A stretch of 64,000 nucleotides of DNA. Source: Eledone cirrhosa (taxonomy: Eukaryota). The notes under the pieces were generated by a model. That model did no database searches. It was not told the origin of the DNA and saw only the letters and a list, made by a program, of their open reading frames with translations. Made by a program: the position numbers and the translations under genes. Positions 53,311 through 64,000 of this stretch are shown one piece after another; position 1 is the stretch's first letter; every line of letters starts with the position of its first letter. The DNA lies in contig OZ024742.1 in the NCBI GenBank assembly GCA_964016885.1, forward strand, positions 206,398,001 through 206,462,000, in the 5' to 3' direction.

Positions 53311-54438
53311 GTGAAACATGGTCCTTCAACGTCGATCTATCACAATGGGGCAGCCTGTCCTACACATGCTAGCATGGAAAATGGACGCTAAATGATGATG
53401 ATGACGATGATGAAGCTGATGATATAAATGATAAGGAATTAAATAATAAAAAGTAGAAAATTGTGTGCACGCATGTGTGCATGTGTTGAAACGAGTTTAT
53501 TTTGCTGTTGCAGGCTGTTTAAAAAAAAATAACACTAGTTGACACGGTTGGTTTCTAGTGATGTTAAAGGGCACTTTAATAATTTTGATACACAGAGGAC
53601 ATTCATTCAATATGTAGCACAATGAAATGTCTGGTTGACTTTCCTTTCTCTTCTTTGCTCTCGATTCTCTCCCTTCCCACTTTTTGTTTTTGTGTTTTGG
53701 TTTTCTTTTGAGACATTCCAGGAAGTCTGCTGACAGATGGTAATTAGAATTGAGCTAAAAAGACATATTCCAACACATTTCAGCCAATTAGCTGGCACAG
53801 ATGTATGTGATAAAAGAAAAACAGAAGAGATGTGAAAGACTTTTCCAGTTGCTATTATACCATTATTCATTGGACTTACTGAAGGAAGGGAAATAGAGGG
53901 AACAGGATTAATAGAAAGAAAGATTGTATATGTTTATATGGGTGTATACATATATACATACATATATATACATACACACACATATATATATTATATATAT
54001 ATATATATAGTTAAAAGAATAGAGGTGTAACACACAAGTTATTATATATTGGTAAACGGAATAGAAAAAGCTGACAAATTGTTCACAGTGAAAAATAGTT
54101 TAATTAGGAATAAGTGAGAATTAGTAATTGTATTGGTTAGTATTCAGTTTTGGTTTTAAGTTTTACCGGTTGCGCATTTCTAATTGCTTTTCAAAAATAA
54201 TTTTGAGATAGAGTGTCCGTGATGTTTGCTCTGATCTGATTAGTTTTGGGAATTCTACCTGTTTTTATGTTAAAAAAGTGGCTCCAGCGGTATTAAAATA
54301 GGTTTTTGCGCCAATTCGTGTTGCAAAAATTCTTGTGGTCAAAACAATTTTGATTGGTCGGTAGGAAAAACTAGGAAAAACCAACGAAGAACCATGTGAG
54401 ACTGATTCATACAAAATGAAAATTCGAACAATTCCAAA

Positions 54439-56777
54439 ATGGAACAAATCCCTCAGAGAAAGTTCTCATTCTGGAAGATAATACAAAATCACAGCAAAGC
54501 GGAGATATATGAAAAATGGCTTAACTCAACCCCTCTAACTCTCCCCCGTAAAATACAAATAAAGTCCATTCCAAATGAATCCGAACCTCAAAGACACCTT
54601 AGGGAAAGAATGGCATTGGAAAAAATGAAGACAGAAATTGAACTTCTTAAACTGAGGGCCCAGACAAATGAGGAAAAAATCAAAACCATCGATGAAGGGA
54701 TCCTCCTGGAAATCAACAATAAAACTGAAGGCCCCAAGGTAGAGAAGATCTTCAAATTATGGAAAGGGGACTGCAACAGAGAAGAACTGAAATCCCTTCA
54801 ACGCTGGGAAAAAAGTGCCGCTTGGTTCCTACACTATGAATCGACTTTTCAAACGGATTACACCTCCAATAACCCGTTCATAAAAATAGGAAAACCCATA
54901 ACTGAACCGCACAACAACTTCGCAAACTCCCAAGCCACTAACAAACGAAGAAGGAAGCACCACACCGAAGATGAACTTCCCAACCTCGCTACCATAAGAA
55001 GGAACAACAACCCAAGAAATCATCTCCTCCAGAATGACACTTACAACTTTCCCCCTTCAAGGAGACACCATACCAAATCACTCAACTACTACGCGAATGC
55101 CTCATCGTCAAACATAGGGAAAAGATACCACCACCATGATAGATGTAACAACTTCCCCGCTTCAAGGGGACAGCAAGGTAATTTCCATTTTCTCAACTCT
55201 CGTTTCCACAATACACAACAAACCCACACCACACGATACAACCAACAACGTAGGCCACCTATAACACCACAATACAACATGGCACATAGAAACACACACT
55301 CATACTCGCAGTACAGGAACACCCCATTCAATCTACAACCACCAACCCGAACCACATTTTACAACAAGAAGGAATATAACAAACACAGGAGACCACTTAA
55401 CATCAGCAGACAACCCCTCTACCCCAACCATTTTTTAGACACAGCACACCGATACAGGCAAACAAAATAACACAAGACAGGGAGGAGAAACCGATAGTAA
55501 TAAAACTTATCAATCTTACTAGTGCAGAACCAACACCCAACCTTATCAACTAACTATCCAAAGGTCTTAAATTCACACCGACCCACTACGTCCTAACTAC
55601 TATGAAATGAAGGAAGACATCACAGACTTCTGTAGAAAGTTACGACTCAGTGAACAACTATTCGACCAGTACAATGAGGATGAATCATTAGCCAGAAATA
55701 GAAGCAATTACACCCCATCAAAAGGTAGAAATAAAATCATGGACGAATTCTGTGAACACATCACAAACTTCCCTTACCAACACTTGCACAGACAAAAACA
55801 CAAGCCAAACCTCAACAAGAAAGAATGAGAAGAATTAAATAGATTAAAAACCGACAGAACCATTACAATTAAAGAGGCTGATAAAGAGAGTACAGTAGTC
55901 CTAATGGAGACAGAATTCTATATCAACTTAGCGCTCTCCACTTTGGAAAACGAAACATACTACGAAAAGGCTGAACACTACAATCAACAGAAAATTATGA
56001 GAAACCTAAAAACTCTAATCAACCAATACAAAGAAGGACTCACTAACAAGGAATTCAGCTTCATCACAGACTTCACAAGTAATTCCAGCCTTTTCTACGG
56101 TATCCCTAAAGTACATAAAAGCGAATTAATAAGTAGGCATGCAAGGAAGCCACAGACATAGTCATCAATGTCCCCTCACCCAATGATCTCAAATTAAGAC
56201 CTATAATAGCAGGCCCCGCTTGCGAAACCCACCACCTTAGCAACTTCATTGATACCCTTCTCAAGCCCTTTCTCAAACACATCAAAAGCCATATAAGGGA
56301 CGACCTAGATATTCTCAATCACCTCCCTAATATGCCACTTTCTGAACAAACCCCACTAGTGACGTTCGATGTAGTCAACCTATACTCCAATATCCCCCAC
56401 AACCTAGGAATAGAAGCTATCCAATTCTGGCTGGATAATTACCACAATGAACTCCCACAACGCATCAAAAAAGAATTCGTGATAGAGGGATTCAAATTTA
56501 TCTTGGAGAACAATTACTTCGTTTTCAATAACAAACCCTACAGGCAGAAATCTGGGACCGCTATGGGAACGAAAACAGCCCCCACTTATGCCAACCTAGT
56601 CATGGGATACCTGGAAATCACCCTCTACACTAAAGTCCTAAACAAATTTGGAAACACTCTCCACTTACACATAGAAAGGAACTGGAAGCGATATCTAGAT
56701 GACTGCTTCATCCTTTGGCACGAAAACATCGAGAAACTTAAAGAATTTCACACCCTTATAAATGGGCTCAACATTAT
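54439..56777 (+). pseudogene. Penelope-like retroelement (Neptune-like): N-terminal region and RT, 3'-truncated
   Basis: LSKGLKFTP, FCRKLRL, IKEADK, FYGIPKVHK, RPIIAG, DVVNLYSNIP, GTAMGTK.AP and RYLDDCF, with stops and frameshifts. Ends at (GA)n. Confidence 0.85.
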
Positions 56778-57441
56778 ATAAATAGAGAGAGAGAGATAGA
56801 TAGATATATAGAGAGAGAGGTAGAGAGAGAGATGTGCATATATCTACCTATCTATGTATCAATCTATCTCTGGGATGGACACACGCGTGAAACTTGCTGG
56901 GTAAGTTCTGCCTAAATTTCTATAGAAATTCTTAACTGTCAACCTTCATTTTTATACCAATTTATAGAGGGACTGCCAGGTCCAATTTTGATCTGGTCAG
57001 TCTCTCAAAATATTCTACGCCTTTAGGCGAAATAGTTCATAAACATTTTTTAGAAAAACTAACATTAAAAAAAAAAATGGCTGAAGCTTCTTCACCAACA
57101 TTCGAAGGAGGAAAGGGGAAGATATGTTTACAGCTTCCCCCTACCACTGTCATAGTAGCAGATATCAAAGAGAAAGGTCAGCAAGAGGAAGGATTTCCTC
57201 CACCTGCTGACCGACAACTTGACGTTGCCATGGTAACAAACCAAAACCAAAAGTGTGAAACAATGAACAAAAACAACACAACCAGTGGCACCAGCAACAA
57301 CAACAACATCAACAACAATGCTATGAACGAAAACAACACCAACAACAAGAACAATAACAACAACAAGAAGACCAATAACAGCAGCATGGAAGTAAACGAC
57401 AAAATATCGTTTGCGCAAACCGTAAAGAAAACGGTAAGCTA

Positions 57442-57680
57442 TGTGGGTATGGTGTGGTGTGCGGTGGCCGGAGGCTAGGGAATGCTCGACCGGAACAGTG
57501 CTTGACCGGAAGGGCCAGCAGGTCTGCCTCTCTCTAGGGTGGTCGGCGAAGGTGGTGGACGTCAGTTTTTGAGCTCCAGGTTAACGAGTTGGATTGTACG
57601 CACGTGGGAAAGGAGAAACCAGCCATTGGATTAGCGGTGCCAGCAATAAGCGGTAAGTGAAGTAGCTTTTTCTAACCACA
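57442..57680 (+). repeat. 5' LTR (239 bp)
   Basis: tgtgggtatg...tctaaccaca. Confidence 0.95.
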
Positions 57681-60600
57681 AGCTATTTCGGCACTGGAAG
57701 ACGATAAAAAAAAAGAACTTTCTCGAAAACAAAGCTACTGGAGAACAGAGAGGAGTCTGTTGTTTTTTTTATTACTTACCGCAGGACAAAATTAGGATAT
57801 GGCGACGAGATTACGAATGAGCGGAGAAGCGATAAGAGCATTTATCGGTGAAGGCGATGTTGCCGCCTGGTTGCAAAAAGTCCGGCTTGTCGCAAGCTTA
57901 CAGAAAATAGAAAATGTGGCTGGCCTCATGGCACTGTACCTCAAAGGGGATGCGTTGGCACTTTTCCTAGAGATGGATGAACACAGCCAAAGGGATACGC
58001 AAAAGATTGAGAGGCGTATGATGGAAGCGTTCACCGAAGGACTGTTAGTCGCTTTTGCTAAGCTGGCAAGGATTAGATGGAACGGTGAACGCGTTGACAT
58101 TTTCGCAGCGGAAATACGGCGATTGACCATGTTGGCTGGATATCAGGTGGAATGCGAACGCACGGTGCGGTTGTCGTTCATAAATGGATTTCCAGACGAC
58201 ATAGCCGTGAAACTGCAGCAAATCCCGGGTTACAAGGAAAGTGAGATGCATGCACTGGTGGAGCAAGCCCACCTCATTGCAGAAGATGCCAAGAAGAGTG
58301 TCGTGGCGATAGCAATGACAGAAGTCCAAGGCAGCCAACAGTGAAATGGTAAAAGGGAGGCAACTACGGCACGCGGTCGCCCGCGAACGTTTAGTGGTCG
58401 TTGTTTTAGGTGCCAGGGCCCGCACATGGCGAGAAACTGTAGAGAGTCAAGGCCGGACAAAATATGCTACCTGTGTAAGCGACCAGGCCACATTGTTACT
58501 AGCTGCGACCAGGGAAACGATCCAAGGGGAACTACTGCGCCGGTAGCTGCCCGCGGTGAAAGTCTTTGTGAGGGGAAAGCCACAGCGAGCCCTCGTGGGT
58601 ACGGGCTGTACGACGACACTGGTGACCGCGGGGTGGCGCAGAGGTGGAGAGGGAAGAGCAGCGTAAGGGCAGTCGACGGTAGGAAAATTGAATGTCGAGG
58701 TCGCAGCGAGGTGGAGATGGCGGTACGGGGAAAGAAAATAAGGCTTTCTGCCATCGTAGTCGACAACGTGGTGGATGGGATCGGCGTAGTTACGGGCATG
58801 GACGCAATTGGGCGTCTAGGAGGCGTCACAGTGAACAATGTCGGTGTGTCGTTTGGCGGCGGCGCATCGGTATGCGCTGTGAGTACGCGACAGGAGAACC
58901 AGAAGGCCCACGAGGAGAAATATCCCGCTTACACTGTACAGGACAAATACTTCAAGGCCCTGTTCGATGGGCAACGATGGGTTGTTGAGTGGTACTGGAA
59001 GGGATAACCACCAACACTGAATACCAAAGTGGGCTGCTATCAACACACATTGAAAGGAGACATTAGGAGCGAGAGGTAGAGAGATGGATTGAGGAGGGCA
59101 TACTGCTTCCCTGGAAAGAGGAGGTGAAGTGTGGAGTATTGCTGTTAATGGCGGTGGCGCAACCCACGAAGAAGAAGGTGAGGCCGGTACTGGACTTTCG
59201 GGAGCTGAACGAGCACGTGTCATGCCACACGGGTGGCGAGGTCACGAATGTATGTGGGGAAACCCTGCGTGAGTGGAGACGCATGACGGGGGCCTCCGCA
59301 ATCGTCGATCTAAAGTCGGCATACTTACAATTACACAGCTGGTCAGGTATAAGGGCCGGACATATAGCCTGACCAGGCTCGGTTTCGGGCTGAGCTCTGC
59401 ACCGAAGTTCATGGCGGCGGTCCTCAAGACCATTCTGGGAAAGGCCGACAAGATGAAGAGGGCCACTAATTCCTACATCGACGACATCCTAGTGGACGAG
59501 TCTGTAGTGTCGCCGGCGGAGGTCACGATCCATTTACAGGGGTATGGACTGGCTGCGAAGCCGTCAGAAGCGTTGGAGGGAGGAGCCGCGCTGGGACTTA
59601 GGCTACGGCGAGACAGGACGGGCGTGTTAGTATTCCAGAGGGGAAATGAAGTTCCAGAATTGGGCCCAAGTATAAGTAGGCGGGAGCTTTTCTCGGCGTG
59701 TGGAAAGTTGGTGGGTCACTACCCGATTGCTGGGTGGCTCCGGACGGCATGCAGCTATGTCAAGAGACGAGCGGGTGGGGTGACTTGGAGTGACAGAGTG
59801 GGAGAGAAGACGATGGCCATGATGCAGGAGCTCGTGGGGAGGGTGAAGGCCGACGACCCAGTGCAGGGACGCTGGTATGTTCCCAAATCGCAGAGCTGAC
59901 CGTATGGTGCGATGCCAGCAGCATAGCGCTAGGTGTCACGTTGGAGATAGGTGTTGAGGTTGAGGATGCAGCCTGGCTTAGGAAGAAGGACGATTGCAAC
60001 CACATCAATGTGGCCGAACTGGACGCGGTGTTGAGAGGGGTGAACCTCGCCCTGAGATGGGGACTGCGCACCATCGAGATTCGCACCGACTCGGCTACTG
60101 TACGCGGATGGGTAAGATCAGTGCTCACCAGTGAGAAGAGAGTGCGAACGCGAGGGGCGGCGGAGATGCTGATAAAGCGCCGCCTGGGAACTTTAGGAGA
60201 GCTGGCCACTGAGTTCGACCTGAGGCTGAGCGTAGTTTTCGTGCCCTCAGAGAAAAATAGGGCGGACGTTTTAACCAGGGTGAAGAAAGCCTGGATGGAA
60301 GCGCCGGAGGAGGTAGAAGATGAGATAGCTGCCGTGTGTCGGCTGACTGATTCGGATCTGAAAGGGTTGCATGACATGCACCACATGGGAGTGGATAGGA
60401 CTCTGTTCCTAGCCAGGAGAATCGACTCGGACGTTAGCAGACACAGTGTTCAAAGAGTGGTTAGAGGCTGCGTCCGATGTCAGTCCATTGATCCCGCCCC
60501 GAGTGTGCACGAAACGGGAAGCTCCCGGTGGATCGCGATTGGCGGTGGATGTAACACACTACCGACAAGGAACATACCTCTCAATGGTCGACTGTGGGCC

Positions 60601-61301
60601 GGGACGGATGGCGATATGGAGGGAGATGAAGACTGGAACGGCCGAGGAAATCACGCGGACGTTGAGAGAGGTGTTCTTGGAGCGGGTCCCTGTGGACGAA
60701 CTGCTGATGGACAACAGCGCAGCGTTCCGCTCGGAGGCGCTGAGTGAGATGCTCGATGGATGGAAGGTGGACCGTTTCTTCAGAGCAGCATACAGGCCGA
60801 GCGGAAATGGAATTCTGGAGCGACACCACCGGATGATCAAAGCAATGGCGGAGCGGGGCCACATCTCACCAATGGAGGCAGTATTCTGATACAACATGTC
60901 TCCTCGGGTGGGACAGGTTGAGGAATCGGTGCCACACAGAGCAGTATTCAGATACGAGTGGCGGCACCCGTGCACGCCACCACAACGGCCAGTGGGGAGA
61001 GAGAATGCATTCGTGCAGGTGGGCGAAGAAGTCTGGGTTAAGCCCCCAGATGCACGTTGCACATCTCAATGGGGAAGGGGAACGGTGACGGCCGTAAATT
61101 CCCAGAACAATGTGTCCGTGGACGGAGTACCACGTCATATCCTGGATGTCCGTAGAATTACTGTGTCAACAGACTCTGAGGGAGAGGAAACCCAAAGTGC
61201 TGCCCCAACACTGCGGAGATCGCAAAAAAGTCGCAAACCACCAACCTGGACAGCAGACTTTCATATGCAGCAGGACGAGGGGGAAATTGATCCAGGGGGA
61301 G

Positions 61302-61540
61302 TGTGGGTATGGTGTGGCGTGCAGTGGCCGGAGGCTGGGGAGTGCTCGACCGGAACAGTGCTTGACCGGAAGGGTGCTCGACCGGAAGGGCCAGCAGGTC
61401 TGCCTCTCTCTAGGGTGTTCTGCGAAGGTGGTGGACGTCAGTTTTGGAGCTCCCGGTTAACGAGTTGGATTGTACGCACGTAGGAGAGGAGAAACCAGCC
61501 ATTGGATTAGCGGTAAGTGAAGTAGCTTTTTCTAACCACA
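61302..61540 (+). repeat. 3' LTR (239 bp)
   Basis: tgtgggtatg...tctaaccaca, preceded by a polypurine tract. Confidence 0.95.
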
Positions 61541-61855
61541 ATCTACACTCCGGTAGATATTTCAAATGGAAATGAGCTTTTGAATAACGCCAGGCAGTAC
61601 ATAACTTTTGGGGAGAACGGATCATTCTCCATAAACTCTCCCCCAGATTTGCGAAGAGAAGCTGCTTTGAAAACTGAGGTTTTAAGGACAGTCTCAAACA
61701 AAACCCGAAAACCGACTCAACTTTCACAAGGCGAAATTGAGTTGGTTTTAGAAGATGCCTTAAAAGACATTGCTTTCATTCAGAAGGGAGTTTATCCATT
61801 CTGATGAAAGACCAACTGACGGCACAGAAATATTCTGTGTCGCCAATGTGTCACC

Positions 61856-62022
61856 GTCGGAAAATCTAGTCGATATCTATCGGCCAGGTCAAATCGGCCG
61901 ATTAACTGTTTGAGGCTGTTACACCCCTCTATCGGGACATGCTCCCACATAGTCCCAACGTGCATCTAGGATTCCATTCCAGTCCCCCACTAACAGCAGG
62001 GAGCGGGGCGTTCCCAGAAAAG
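61856..62022 (-). repeat. Inverted duplicate of LINE endonuclease segment 62238-62405
   Basis: Same peptide TPRSLLLVGDWNGILDARWDYVG on both strands. Confidence 0.9.
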
Positions 62023-64000
62023 ATCTACGCATCTCTCTGTCAGCCGGGAGGTGGGGGTGGGGTTGCCATTTTTCTGCGGAAACACCTGGACCTCGTAACA
62101 CAGACGGTACATCTGGACCCGGAGGGTTGACTGGTGGTCCTAGACGTTGACGGTAGTGAAGGTAGAGCCTTCAGGCTGGTGGTCGCATATGCCCCATCCG
62201 AGACACCGCGGCCAGACTTCTTCAAACGTCTAGAGACTTTTCTGGAAACGCCCCGCTCCCTGCTGTTAGTGGGGGACTGGAATGGAATCCTAGATGCACG
62301 TTGGGACTATGTGGGAACATGTCCCGATAGAGGGGGGTGTAACAGCCTCAAACAGTTAATCGGCCGATTTGACCTGGCCGATAGATATCGACTAGATTTT
62401 CCGACTGTACCACTGTGGAGGTGAACTAATCGCAGTGGAACATCTAGATCGTACCTAGATAGGGTTCTAGTTAGAAAGAAGGATAGGGACATGTTAAGCT
62501 GTCCACAAATGTTCATGGTTGCCTATTCAGATCACAAATTAGTGACCTGCTTAGTCAACCTTGACAAAACCCATAGACAGGGACCCAGCTACTGGAAGCT
62601 GAACTTGTCGTTACCGACATGCAAATCCTACAGTAGACAGATTAGCACTTTAGTTAAGCAGCACTTGACGGGGGCCATTGTCAACAACAGATGGTGGTAC
62701 TCTCTCAAGAGGGCAGTTAGATTAGACTCGATAGGTTTTAGTAAAGAATTAGTGTTAGATAGAAATAAGACCGAAAAGGAACTGGTAGATAAAGTAGAAG
62801 AGGCAGTTAGGAGTGGCAACCTAGCCAGCGTGCTAACGACGAGAACGGCCTTGGACCAGTTCTTCGACGCAAAGCATGAAGGCTGCGTTGTCAGAAGCAA
62901 AATATGTGCTCTGGGAAACGAGGGAGCCAAAGCTGTTAGCTGGGCCCGAGTGACGGAGGCGAAAAGTGGCAACAAGTCCACGATTCGGTCTTTGAAGGAC
63001 CAAGACGGACGCGTGATACGTGAGCCGAAGCAGATGTGAGCGGCCTTTCAGCAGCACTTTGCTCAACTGTTCGGGCAGGGAGGGGCTATGGATTTCGGTC
63101 CAGACCTCGACGGCCTACCGCGACTCTCGGACAGCGAGGCGAAGTTCTGCGAAAGGCCGATTTCGGCCGCTGAGATAGAGGACGCGCTGAGCCTTTGCGG
63201 CAAACGCAAATCTCCAGGTCTCGACGGTCTCGTAGCAATGCCGGACTTGCTCTCCGGTGTCCTGGAAGCGGTCTACTGCAACTGGCAGCAGAACGGGAGA
63301 ATTCCCAGTTCTGTGACCAAGGGCATCGAAAACCTGGTGGGAGAAGCGCAGACATGCGCAATCCCGACCAGGTCCATACACGACAACCTCCACCTCATGC
63401 GATATATCATAGAGCGGGTAGGGTGTAAACACGACTTCGGTGTCGCCCTGATCAACTTGGATCAGTCTAAGGCTTTCGATAGGGTTGACCATCGTTACCT
63501 GGATGCGGTGCTCGAGGCGGCAGGCTTCGGAGCCGTGTTGAGGAAAAAGAATAGAGGAAGGGAGTACTCACTCTTGGTGTTCCTGGAGATGAGGGTTGTA
63601 GATTTTCCGGGGTGTGTACAACCCCTGTGTAACGTTCCCCCCTATTGGGGATTTCAATTGTTATTTGTTATTTTATTAATAGTTTTATTTTCATATACCT
63701 GTATGTAAACTCCCCATTTATATTTGTCCCCTTCTTTTGTGCCCTTGTGGCTAATAAAGAAATTTATCTATCTATCAATCTATCTCTCTCTCCCTATATA
63801 TATATATATATACCTATATATATATAAAGAGAGAGAGGGAGAGAGAGAAAGAGAGAGTCAATAAATGCATTTTAAAGAGTGGCTAAAGTAAATGGATAAC
63901 ATTCGATAAGGTAAGAAGGAGGTGGGGGAAGAATAGCAATAGCAGGGGAATTCCTAAGAGTTGTCATGGAGCTAGTGAAGGTGGTGATGGCGTTAGCAGA

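Larger units (their letters stand above)
57442..61540 (+). mobile_element. Ty3/Gypsy LTR retrotransposon (gag-PR-RT-RNaseH-IN, frameshifted)
   Basis: TG...CA LTRs and 5 bp TSD agcta/atcta. Gag CCHC knuckle CYLCKRPGHIVTSC, protease LV(G)TGC, RT YIDD, RNase H CDAS, integrase HHCC and DN...ER motifs. PPT at 61294-61301. Confidence 0.95.
56872..63764 (+). mobile_element. Tx1/L1-clade LINE, internally deleted and rearranged, with TSD in a (TCTA)/(TC) microsatellite
   Basis: ORF1 from 57077. APE motifs GGVAI, YAP, GDWN, LDR, SDH and YWKLN (62040-62610). RT motifs KSPGLDGL and LDQSKAFDRVDH. AATAAA at 63753. Flanking 23 bp direct repeat at 56849-56871 / 63765-63787 (1 mismatch). Confidence 0.85.

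Noticed and set aside
61797-61840. CTGATGA...GAAA hammerhead-like core
   Set aside because: No stem II or convincing stem I; it coincides with the ORF1 stop.

Overview
AT-rich, microsatellite-dense animal genomic DNA made almost entirely of nested transposable elements. The SINE/LINE content suggests a cephalopod such as Octopus (inference). No host gene is confidently supported, and there is one 200-N assembly gap. It contains Penelope-like retroelements (PLEs) of three apparent clades (Hydra-, Naiad- and Neptune-like), several RTE LINEs (one family with a PHD-type finger after the RT core), CR1-like and R4/Dong-like relics, two tRNA-derived SINE families, two non-autonomous Helitrons and piggyBac-type MITEs. 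A Tx1/L1-type LINE has its ORF1 split by a 4.1 kb Gypsy LTR element. The most notable unannotated signal is a set of about ten hand-foldable type I hammerhead ribozyme motifs of five sequence types. They sit in PLE pseudo-LTRs and in short ORF-less inserts between (TA)n tracts, often as inverted pairs, including an ORF-less ~400 bp fold-back with a hammerhead on each strand. The Gypsy element also lacks a recognisable tRNA primer-binding site; its PBS position is instead complementary to its own U5. All folds and alignments were done by eye.
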